From: Fonticula alba ATCC 38817
Taxonomy: Eukaryota > Protista > Nucleariida
Assembly: GCA_000388065.2 (NCBI GenBank)
Contig: KB932201.1
Strand: one strand, 5' to 3'
Length of the DNA: 64,000 nucleotides
This document shows, in pieces, positions 10,630 through 22,075 of the stretch. Each line of letters begins with the position of its first letter. Within the stretch, counting starts at the first letter, position 1. The notes under the pieces are model-generated. The model saw only the letters and a program-made list of their open reading frames with translations. It was not told the origin of the DNA and searched no databases. The position numbers and the translations under genes were made by a program.

Positions 10630-13600
10630 ATGGGCGCCTGCGGCAGGACGCCAGCCGGGCCGGCCGGCCGGGCAGGCGCCGCGCGCTTGGTCCTTCTCCT
10701 GCTGACGCTGCTGGGCGTGGGCTTGCGGTCGGAGGTCCGGGCGGTGCCCCTTCGGCGCGTCGATGCCGGCGAGTCGCAATGTCACCTTCGGTGCCGGGGC
10801 TCGCCGGCGGTCGACTACGCGGCCACCCTGGCCAGCGAGGCGCAGATGATGTTCTGGTCGCCGCTGCCGGCCGTCGCGCCGTTTGTCGGCAATGCCAGCA
10901 GCCTGGCCTCCTGGCGGCGGCCGGCCTTCGCGGACCTCGGGGCCATGCTGCTTCGGCAGCAGGACCGGCTGTTCTCGGCGGAAAGCCGCCCCGCTGGCAA
11001 TGGGACCAGCGAGCCGGAGCTGCAGCCGCTCGAGGGGGGCATCCCGCGGCGTTTGATCGAGTGCCCGGTGACCATGCTGCCGCCGGAGGAGGCCCTGGCC
11101 GTGGGTCGCATCACGCACCCGACCACCGGGCAGGCCATCTTCCTGGTGCTCGGCTCGCAGGCGCTGACGGTGCTGCATGCGGCGGCCGAAATTGACGGGC
11201 CCACGGACATCGTGGCCTTCGGGCTGGACGCCGGCTGGCTGCGGCCGCGCCTGGCCGGCTACGGCATGTCGCCCGACAGGCAGCACCTCCGCGTGTGGCT
11301 CCTGGTGGAGGCCGCCACCGGGGCCAGCCAGCGCGCGCGCCTGGACATCCGCCTGGACACCTTTGATCTGGCCAGCGCGCCGGAGGTGGCACTCCTGTCG
11401 CCGGCCGGCGGGCCTGGCATCGTCACCTGGCGACCGATGCCGGAGGGCTTCCCGCTGGTCCTGCTGGCTGATGGGCGTCTGGCCACGGGGCATCCGCAGC
11501 CGGCCGAGGTGGCATTGCCGTGTGGCCGCCCGGCATCGATGGCTCTGAGCATGGCATGGCATTCGCGCACTCCGCCGGCCGGGGGCCCGGCCGGCCCCCT
11601 CGAGGGGGCCCTCTCGGCTCCGGTGACTTTGGCCATGTCCCTGGCCGCCGAGCAGGGGGGGCACATCCTGCTCGCCGGCGGCCTGGACCAGGGCCTTTGT
11701 CCCGGCGATTCACGCTCCATCCCCCTGCCGGCCGGGGTACGCCCCGGCGGCCGGGTGCTCCTGGCACCGGTGCATTCGGCGGCCGATGGGCTGCAGGCCT
11801 TCCACTACATTGAGCCGGCGCCGGCTCAGCCGGCCGGGCGTGTGATGGCCCGCGGCGAGCCCGGGCCCGGGTCGGGCTCGACTTCGGCACCGTCGCCCTC
11901 CGGCCCGGGATCCCACTCGACCGACGGCCCCGAGGCCGGGTCCGGCTCGAGTGGGACCTCCTCCCTGCCGGGTGGTGGCCCGACGGCCGAGCCGGGAACG
12001 GCCGATCCCTCGGCCTCGGCGGCCTCCTCTTCGGCGGCCTCCTCCCGGGACGCGGACGCCTCATCGGGCCCGGGTTCCTCGACCGAGCCGACGGCCGAGC
12101 CGCCCGGGCCGCCCCCCACGCGGTCGGGCACCAAGCGCCGGGTCTTCGCCGTGTCGCTGGACTCCGCCCAGCGGGTGGCCCGCTTCACGGAGCTCCACAT
12201 GGTCGAGTGGGACCGCCAGCCGATGGCCAATGACCGGGCCTTCGAGCCGGACCGGCTGGATGTCCTCTTCCACGCGGGCACCGGGCAGTGGCTCTTGTCC
12301 GAGGGGCGCCTGCTGCTGCCGCTTTCCGGGCTGGAGGGCGATCGCACGGTCCTCCTGAGCCCGACCACCGGGCGGCTGTCCTGTCGCCGGGGCCTGCGCA
12401 TGAACCCCTTCTTTCGCTCGGATCGGCTGTGCTACGGCTGTGCCGAAGGCAATGCCCACATTGCGGGCGATGGTGCGTCCTTCGCCGGTGTGCCTGTGCC
12501 CTGGACCGGGGGCCGGCCGCTGCCAGGTCACGGGCCGTGGCCTGCCCTTTGCCGGGGCACATGCGCATCGACGCATGCGCGCGCAATCCGCCTCACCCCG
12601 CTGTGCCCGATCGGCGCTCGGCCTGCCTCGGGCACATGACTGACATTCGGCAAACTGGCCTCCCCCCCCCCCCCCAGCCTCATCATGCGGGTATGTCTGC
12701 CCGGTGGGCTGTGCCGCGTGCAACCACACCGGCGACTGCATTGCCTGCGCCCCGTCGCACTTCCAAAGCAGCCAGGGCCTGTGCGAGCCGGTGAGGGACC
12801 ACCTGCTGGAGACCGGCGGCCCGGACTCCCCGGCCCTGGCCCTTGTCCGGGATGGCCACAGCGTCGCCCTTGCCCGGCCCTTCCCCGGGGGCATCATGTC
12901 CCGGAACATGTCGCTGATGGCTCCGGTGCCACGGCGAAGTGCCACCGGCGGCGGGGGCAATGCGGGCGCCCCGGCCCCCGGCGGGGCGGCCGGCAGCCTC
13001 GAGCACGCGGTCTGGTGGCCGATTGCCTCGGTGACCGGAGGTGCGTCGGGGGGCCCCGGCAGCGGGGCGGCCGGGTCGCAGTCCTTCTCCACCTCGGCCT
13101 CCGGGCCCGGGCCGGAGGCCGGCTCCGGGTCCACCGGCAGCGGAGCGGGACCCGGGGCGCCGGAGACAGATTCGGCCCCCTCGTCCGACTCGAAGGCCCA
13201 TCCGCCGGACTCGACACGGCGGCATGTGCTGCACCTGGACCCGGCGGCCGGGGGCGGGGTCTGCCCGGGGCGGCTGGTCCCGGCGTCGGCGGCCGGTTGC
13301 GCGGGCCCGATGGCCGGGAGGCTGGTCCCTCGGCCGGTGGCCGTGCGGCCGCCGTTGGCCGTCGGAGATCCGGCCCCCTCGGCCGGGCCCAGCCATCAGG
13401 AGGGCACCTTCAGCCCGGAAACCGGCGGCGTGCTGGCCTGGTCCCCGGAGGACGGGCATCTGTACCACGTATCCCAGGCGGCCGGGTCCGGGGGCGAGGG
13501 GCCCGCGGCGGCGGCGGCCATGGCGCAGGTGCGCCTCGGGGCCGGGTCCTGGGGCCCGGACGTGGGCGCCGTGGCCGGGCTGGCGGTGGATTTCGATCCG

Positions 13601-16600
13601 GCCCGGCAGGGGAACCCCCAAAACAGCTCCTTCCACATTGTCATTTGCGCGGCCACCGGCATGCATCTGGTCCCGGTGAGCTGCCGCTTTGGCGCGTGCG
13701 TCTGGGGCCTGGCCAGTCGCACCACGGCCGAGCCCTGCGAGCGGCTGGTGGCCTGCTCCGACCGGGGGGCCTTCTTTTCGGTGCACCGGGTGTCCGGCAC
13801 GCCGACCTCGACGGCCGTCCGCCGCGGGGTCTTCACCTTCCCGAGTCAGCAGCGGAGCTCGGCCCCGGGCGGGGCCGCCCTGCTGGGGCCGATCCTCGGG
13901 TCCGGGCCGGGGACCGGGCCGCTGGCATGCGGGACCTTCGCGGCCCCGGGCAGCGGCCTGGCCCAGACCGACACCTGGGCCGCGTACATGTCCTGGCTGG
14001 CGCCGTTCCGCTTTGGCCCGGGCGCCGAGCCGCCGGTCGGCGGCGATGTGGCCACGGTCAGCCCGCCGAGCTTGCGGCTGCTGTCGGAGGCCGATCTCGC
14101 GGCCGGCCAGCTGGGGCGCATCGCGGCCTCGCAGCCGCCGCCGCCGGCCGCCGGGCCGCATGCCCTCGCCGCCGCGCGGGACGGCCTGGTGGCCATGGTG
14201 ATGGGGCGCTTCTCGGACCGGCAGGCGGACGACCTGGTGGTGCTGGCGGCGGTGCGCGGGGTGGCACCGCCCGGCGGCCGGCAGTCCGGCGCGCCGGATT
14301 CCGGCTGGCAGCTCCTGGCCACGCATTATCGCAACCGGGCTCGCTACCAGCAAACCACGAACCTGGCCTCGGGCGTGGTGCAGCTGCTGGGCAGCCTGCC
14401 AGCGAGCCCGGACTCGTGGCCCCCCCAGGCCGGGCCCTTCCTTCGGGCGCTGGTGGTCGACCTGAATGAGGACGGCCTGCCGGATGTGGTGCTCAGTGCC
14501 GGCGACCGGCACATCGGGCTCATCATGTCCCGGGAGATGGACACCCTGCGGGTTGGAGCCACCCCCGGCGGCCTGCGGCAGGCGGTGTGGCTGGAGCTGC
14601 CGGCCGGCCCGGGGTCGGAGCCACCGGGCCCGGGGTCGGAGCCGGCCCGGGCCCGGGGGGCCCGGTGTGAGGCCGGTGCCTCGGGCTGCGGGAGCACCGG
14701 GCCCCCGGGCCGGGCCGGGGCCCCGGTGATCCTGCGCGTCCATGCCACCCGGGACTCGCACGCCGGCAATGGGTCTTTCAGCCTGGTGGCGGATCTCTTC
14801 CGGCCGGGCGGCTCGGCCGGCGATGCCCTGCACCGGGTGTCCCTGGCGGCCGGGTGTCCGGCCGGGGAATTCTGGTCGCCGGGGTCGGGCCCGGCGGCCG
14901 GGGGGGAATGCACCGCCTGCCGGGCCGGGTGCTCGGCTTGCCGCGGCCCGGCCGCGGCCGATTGCCTCCGGTGCGATCTCTATCAGGATGGCGAGTGCGT
15001 GGCCGCCTGTCGCGGGGACTCCTTCCCGCAGGATGGCGTGTGCATTGGCTGCCCGGCCGGGTGCGAGGAGTGCACCCGGCCGGGTGACAATCCGTCCGGG
15101 GCCGTGGTGTGCCCCGCCTGCCGGCGGGGATACTTCCCGGAGGCCGGGTCGTGCCACCCCTGCCCGGACCTGTGCGCCGAGTGCACCGGGCCCGGGGCCT
15201 GCGGCGCCTGCCGGCCCGGGGCCCGGGCCTACGAGGGAAGCTGCTGGGCCGAGTGCCCGGCGCGCACCTTCCTCGAGGGCGACCGGTGTGTCGATTGCCC
15301 GGGGCTGTGCCTGGAGTGCGCGCCCGGGGGAGGGGCCGCCGGGGGGCCGGGCTCCGGGGGCGGCGTCTGCACGCGCTGCCAGCCGGGGCTGCACCTGGAC
15401 CCGGCGCTGGGCTGCGTGTCGGCCACGGTGCCCCAGTGCGTGCGATACACCGCGGCCGGGGGCTGCCTCGAGTGTGCCCCGGGGTTCCTGCTGCTCGGGG
15501 ACCAGCAGTGTGTGGATGGCTGCCCGGTGGGGTACATGGCGGCGGAGGGGCCCTCGCCGGCCGATGGGCCGGCCATGTGCCGGGCATGCGGCGAAGGGTG
15601 CACCTCCTGCGGCCCGGGCGCCGGGGCTTCCGGCCGGTTGGTGTGTGACTCCTGCGCATCGGGGCACTATCGGACCCCGGCCGGGGGGTGCGGGCCCTGC
15701 CCGGCCGGGTGCCGGGTGTGCGCCGACGGGGGCACCTGCTTGTCCTGCCAGGCCGGGCGCTTCCTCCAGGAGGGCGCCTGCGTGGAAGCCTGCGCCGATG
15801 GCCAGTACGCCGAGCAGCAGACATGTCTGGCCTGCGCGCCCGGCTGTGCGGCCTGCCGCGGGATCGACGAGTGCACCGCCTGCCAGGCGGGCTTCGACCT
15901 GGAGGGCGGCCATTGCCGGAGCGCGGCCAATGTGTGTGACATTTCGGCCGGCCGGCCGGCGATCGCCAATTGCCAGCTGGAACATTGCGGCACCTGCCTC
16001 CAGTGCCGGGCCGCCTACCGGCTGGACGGCGGCCGGTGTGTGGCCTGCCCGGAGGGCCGGTCCTCGGATGGGTTCACCTGTTGCCATGTGAATTGCGCCT
16101 CCTGCGTGGGTCCCAACTCGTACCAGTGCAAGAGCTGCCCGGCCGGCGGGGGGGTCCTGCTGCCGACGACCAAGAGCACCGCTCTGGTGGTGGGGTCCTG
16201 CGTGCGGCAGTGTCCCACCGGGTATGTTCTGCGCCCGGCGGCCGGGCCGGACCAGCCGGCCAGCTGTGTCAGCTGCCCGGAGAGGTGTTTCCTGTGCGCG
16301 GCCCCGGCGGGCCTGCCGGGGGCCTCGCCGAATGCCGGCGAGTCCGGGCCCTGCCTCGGGTGCGAGCGGGGCTACTTCCTGCAGGAGGGCCGGTGCGAGG
16401 AGTCCTGCCAGGGCCGGACCTTCGGCTATGGGGGCGCATGTGTGCCCTGTGCGGAGGGGTGCGTCAGTTGCCCGGGCGGCGTGTGCTCCGGCTGCATGCC
16501 CGGGCGCGTGCTGCACATGGGCCGGTGCGAGGGGGCCACCTGCCCGGCGGGCTTCTACCCGGAGGCCGGGGTGTGCCGGCTGTGCGGGGCCTCCTGCTCG

Positions 16601-19600
16601 ACATGCTCCTCCGGCACCGGTGGCTGTGACACCTGTGCGGGGAATTTGCTGCTGGTCCCGACGCGTGGCGGGCCCTGCGTCGGGGCCTGCCCGTCGGGGC
16701 ACTTCCCCAGCACGGCCCCCGGCGGCCGGGCCCGGGTGTGTGGCGAATGCACCGCCGATCGCACCACCCGCACCCGGGCCAACCAGCGCAATCGGTGCAT
16801 CCCCGGGAGGTTCCTGGCCGTGAGCAGTCTCACCTGCTTGGACGAGTGTCCGCCGAACACGGCCGAGGACTTGCGCGACTTCACCTGCCACGCGTGCCCG
16901 GCCGGGTGTCACCGCTGCCGGGTGGACTACCGTGTCGGCGGCGGCACCCTGGCCATGATGGCGGCCGGGCTGGATGCCAGCGACCCCCGGGCCGGGCTGG
17001 TGTCGGGGCGGGACTTGCAGCTGGCCCCGCCGCGGGACATCGAATGCGAGGCGTGTGCCTCCGGGTACTTCCTGCATGAGGGGAAGTGCCAGCCATTCTG
17101 CCCGGCCGGCTGGACCGGCTCCCGGCCGGCCGCCCAGCATGCTGCTCTTCGGTCGCCGGTGCGGTCGCTGCCATCGTGGCCGCCCACTTCCCCCGATCAC
17201 CATCACCAGCACCACCACCACCAGCAGCAGCAGCAACAGCAGCAGCAGGAGGAGGAGCAGGAGCAGTCGCAGCAGCAGTCGCAGCAGCAGCAGCAGCGAT
17301 CACTTACCTCAGGCGGCCTGTGCATGAAATGCCATGTGTCGTGCCTGACATGCGGGGATCGAGACTTCCGATGCACTGGATGCGCCGAGCCGGCCTACCT
17401 CTCCGGGGAGTCCTGCGTCCTGCGGTGCCCCTTCCGGACCATGACTAATGCGACCGAGCGGCGGTGCGACGAGTGCCCGGCGAACTGCGAAGCCTGCGGC
17501 GAGGAGGGCTGCTCGTCCTGCATCGCAGGGCACCTGCTGATGGACACGCCGGAGGGGGCGCGCTGCGTGGGTGCCTGCCCTTCGGGCAGCTTCGTGCAGG
17601 CCGACCGGTGCCTCGGCTGCCATGAGAGCTGCCGGTTCGGGTGCAGTGGTCCCTCGACCGAAGATTGCTTTGCCAAGCCGCATCCCGCGTCCGAGAGACG
17701 CTTGGCCCTCAGTACGTGGTCGGGTTTTGCTGCGGCGCCTGTGCCTGATGCCCTGGACCTGGGTGGGTTTTTTTTTTTTCCCGGGGCATGTCCGGTGGTT
17801 CTCGGCTTCCGGCGAAACTTTTTCCTCCCCCTCTCTCTCGCTCTCTCTCTGTCTCGCTCTTGCTAACAACGCATGCGGGGCGAATGGACTCTCCGCCCTG
17901 GTCGGTGTCGGGCAGTTCTTGGACTGAGCATCGGTCTGGGTGCTTTGATGCTCATCTTACTGGCGGTGGCCATCTGGCTACTGGTGGTCTTTGTCTTCCG
18001 GGACCTGCGTGCCCGGAGCAAGGCTGTCCGGGTACGATGCGTCGGCCCTGCACTTGCTCGGCCCTGTGCCAGGCTAGATGCCTGAATCGGCTTTTTTTTC
18101 CCGGCTTCACCGCCCACGCCACGGATCAACCGGCTGACTGTCTTCTCTCCCTCGCCTCCAACCCCCCCCCCCCCCCCCCACCCACCCCCCCGAAGGACGG
18201 CAATCCGGTTGCAGATGGTGCGTAACCGGCGGCGAGGAGGCCGTCAGCCCGCTGACAATTCTGGCCTCGGCCCAGCCACTCTGACCCCGTGCCCGGAGCA
18301 CCACACTGACCAAGCGCCCTGGCGGCCGGCCATGCCCACAGCCGCGGAGATGACCGTGCTCAACACATTCATCGAACTTTCGCTTCCTGGCTCGCTGCAG
18401 GTCAACATCCTGGAGGATTTCGTCGCCAGCGATGAGTCCCTCGGCCAGGGGGCCCAGGCGACGGTGTACACCGTGCGCATTGTGGCGCCCAAGATCCTGG
18501 CCTCGGCCGGGGCCGAGCAGGCCGCCGTCAAGAGAATGAAGGGTATGCCCGATGTCGCCCTTCTCCCCGCCCCCGGGCGGCCCTGGCGGGTGGCCTGCAT
18601 GTCGCTGTGTTGTCCCGCGCCGCAGGCAGCCAAGCCCCCTCCGCCCCTCCCCCCCCCCTGCTGACATTCACCCGACCCGGGACCCGGTAGCTCCCTCGGC
18701 ATCGGCCGACGCCAAGTTGTATGCGCGCTTCGAAAATGAGGTTGCCATCATGTGGTACGTTGACCCGTGTGCCATGACGCGACATCTTGCCAAGACGCGC
18801 CCTCACACGAAGGTGTGGCCCCCTTGCCGGCGCACCGGCTCGCCCCCCTCCGCCCGCTGGCATCCCTCGCCCCACAGGGCTCTCAACGCCGCCCCGAATG
18901 TGGTGCGACTCTATGGCTACTCCACCAACCCGCAGGCCATCGTCATGGAGCTGTTCGACAGCTGCTTGCGGACGTTGCTGCTGTCGGATGTGGAGATCCC
19001 TGCCATGGGCATGCTCGATGTGGCCCACCAAATCGGTACGTGCTCGCCGGGCCGAGAAGCGGCATCCCCCCGCCCGCCCCCTAGGGCGTGGGATTTGCCC
19101 GGGGGTGGAGTCACCCTCGCCACCTGTTGAGCGCCCCCCCCCCCCCCCCCCCCCCGCCCCCTGCCACAGCCATACTGACATCCCGACATTGATGGCTGCC
19201 CTGTCCGGCGTCCAGCCTGCGGCCTGGAGGCCATCCACCTGGCCAATGTGGCCCACTGTGACATCAAAACCGCCAACATCTTCATGCGCATCGGCCCGAA
19301 GCCCGGCAAGTGGCAGGCAGCCATCGGCGACTTCGGCACCGCTCGGTCCATCGGCTCGAGCCGGTCCAGTGCCCTTGTCCATGAGCTGCCCCCGCTGAAT
19401 GCGCTGACCGCTCGGTATGCCAGCCCCGAGGTACGCCACGCTTTTGGGCAGGCACTTGCTCGCCGGCTCGGGCCGGCTCGGCGGCCAATCTGCGAGGCGT
19501 GGCCCGGCCCCGCACGCCGCGCGACGGGGCACTTTTGTGCTGCCACCCGCGCGGGGCCCCTTTCACATGCACACATATCCCACAAAGGGGACCCTCCGCC

Positions 19601-20285
19601 GGGGAAATGCTGACACCCGCTTCCTGATCATCCCGACGTGCTCTGCGCCGACCTTGCCGCCTGGCATGCCCCCCCCCTCTCGCCTCCGGCCCATGTGCAC
19701 AGCCAGTCTCATGAGCACCCGGCCACCNNNNNNNNNNNNNNNNNNNNNNNNNNNNNNNNNNNNNNNNNNNNNNNNNNNNNNNNNNNNNNNNNNNNNNNNN
19801 NNNNNNNNNNNNNNNNNNNNNNNNNNNNNNNNNNNNNNNNNNNNNNNNNNNNNNNNNNNNNNNNNNNNNNNNNNNNNNNNNNNNNNCCCCCCCCCCCCCG
19901 CGCGCGCGCGCACGCGCCGTGCCTCACGCGGCGCCAATGCACGTCTCGGCGCGGGACCGGGCAGATCTTCAACTCGCTCGCCCGACACGCGCAGCTCCCC
20001 GACGACGAGTGCCTCCCGGCCGATGTCTTCGCCTTTTCGGTGGTCCTGTGGGAGTGCCTGACCCGGCGAGTCCCGTGGGCCGGCCAGACCTTCGAGCAGA
20101 TCCGCTCGTCGGTGGCTGCCGGCCACACGCTGGACCTCCCGTCGCTGGACATGCTGGGGCTGACACCGGCCGACGACCGGCATGCCCGGCTGCGGGCCCT
20201 TTTCTCAAACTGCAGCGACGTGTCCGCCGGGCACCGGCCCACGAGCACCCACTGCAAGGTGGCCCTGGCCGGGATGCTGGACTAG
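10630..20285 (+). CDS. Giant single-pass receptor kinase: signal peptide, large ectodomain, furin-like Cys-rich repeats, TM helix, TKL-type kinase (~2700 aa)
   Basis: Signal-like RLVLLLLTLLGVGL after ATG 10630 (upstream ATG 10561 also possible). Phase-1 intron 12473-12677 joins the 692-aa and 1720-aa ORFs. Exon 12678-17711 has roughly 18-20 CxxC-rich repeats (counted by eye). TM exon 17916-18031 (ILGLSIGLGALMLILLAVAIWLLVVFVF). Kinase exons carry LGQGAQATVY, AAVKRMK, FENEVAIM, HCDIKTANIF, DFG, RYASPE, DVFAFSVVLWE. Stop TAG at 20285. Confidence 0.88.
19728..19886. other. Assembly gap (N run) inside the last intron of the receptor kinase
   Basis: Run of N followed by poly-C. Confidence 1.
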
Positions 20286-22075
20286 AAGAAGAGGCCCTTG
20301 GCAGGGGCAGCGCGTTGCGAGTGTCGACGAAAGGGCCCCTGGATCTGCCGCGGCTCGGGAGAGCAGCCCCATCGACCCCGGGTGCCGGCGGGTCCCGGTG
20401 CCAGGCATGTGTGGCCGCCAGTGGGTCGTCACCCACAGGACTTTCTCCTTGTGGGCTGAGGGTCCGGAATACAACATAGACCTTGGGCGTGTGTGCGCCA
20501 CCGCCCACCAACACCCGGAGGTGCCAGCCGTGTTCCGGGCCGGAGCTGCCTGCATCAGCCTCTGGCGCCGGGGGGAGGGGGGGGGGAGGGAAGACCAAGC
20601 GCCAGCATGCATGTTCATGCAAGCACTCACCGGGCACGCATGCACAAAGCCAGGAGGGCGAGAGGCTGGAGTTACGTGTGGCGAGGGACGGTTAAGAGTA
20701 TCCGGAAATGCTGTTCGCAAGAGGGCCCCCCGCGGTTTGGACCATGCGCCGGTTGCCCCAGGCCAGCCTTGGTTGCGATCAATGCGTCGGGGCATGCCGG
20801 CTTTGCACCCTCCGACGTAGGCGTGTCAACCGGCAGCCGTGGGGCCCAGTGCCAACGCTCGTGTCATCCGCTGGGAGCTTGTGGCGGGGACCGACCGCGT
20901 CGGGTGCGCGCGCTGTCCCGGCTCCGCCGTGTGCGGTGAGTGGCGCGCGGGGGCGGTTGTTGGGGCAGCGGGCATGCGCCGCGAGAGGAGCCGGGCCCGC
21001 CCCCCGGCCGCCGGCCGCCCCTTGTTCGATCGGCGGCGAGCCTCCTCCCGGGGGAGTGGGGCGCGGGGGGCGCGAGAAACACCGGGGGCGGCCGCGCGCA
21101 AACGGCGAGCCGCACGTGTTTAGCCTCTAGGGCATCTTGTCCTGCTCTCGGCGCGCTCTCGGACGCCGGGTCCTGCGGGCTTCCCGGTCGGGGCCCTTTG
21201 CATCTGGGGTCCTCGCATGCTGTTGGTGTGCGGAGGCGCTCTCGGGGCCGGCAGGGGGGGGAGGGGGGGGTGAGGTAGGTGGAAAACATTTCACCGAGAG
21301 GAACGCGGAAAACGTGTTGGTGTTGGTCCGGGCGCGGGAGCCGATGCTCGAGGTCGCCCGTGCGTCGGGGCGGGCGGGTGTGCCTCGGTGTCTTGAAATG
21401 ATCTGCACGTTGGGCCTGTGCCATGACTGTGGACGCGTGTGCGCTTGGTGCGCTCGGTGTGTCGGGCTTTTTCGCCGGCGGCGCGGTCCGACATGCGACA
21501 TGCTCGCGTCCGGGGCCGCCGGTTTCGGATGGTGGTGAGGAGGGCCCTCCGGGAAATGCCCCTCCGCCGGGGCAGGTCCAGTTGGGCGCCGGCTGGCAGA
21601 TGGGCTGCCGGCAGGGGCCCGGCTCTGCTGGGGAAGTGGCCAGTGTTTTTTTCTGGCGAGATTTCGGGATGAGCGCGGGGAGCCGGGCAGATGGCCCGGC
21701 ACGCTTCCCCCTCCGGCCGGCCGGCCGGCCGCCCAAGCTGCCCGGCTTTGGGCTGGCCAAGATCTTGCTGCCGGGGTCCGCGGAGAGGGGCGAGGAGAGA
21801 GGCGGCCGCCCTCGTTGACTGGCAGGGCAGGGGGGGCGGGGGGAAAAAAGCACCACGCCTAATGCCCCCGGGGGCCGGCTCTCGGGGCCACCCCTCTCTA
21901 CGGTTTGCCTTCCTCCCCCACACCCGCCCTCCCTCCCCTCCTGGCTCCCCCCCTCTCTCTCTCTGTCTCTCTCTCTCTCTCCTTCCCATCTTTTCCTCCC
22001 GCTCTCCGCCGCTTGCCGCCCGATCCTGGCCCTGCTCCCGTCCTGCTGCAAACCCCCCCCGTCGGGCTGCCGTCA

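Noticed and set aside
12683-17236. 1517-aa minus-strand ORF, and the many other long overlapping ORFs in the track
   Set aside because: These are antisense or off-frame shadows of GC-rich coding sequence with few stop codons. They are Arg/Gly/Pro/Ala-rich and have no recognisable motifs.
20290-22070. Hidden gene between the receptor kinase and the ABC1 kinase
   Set aside because: Only low-complexity ORFs, with no consistent splice-phase chain or motif.
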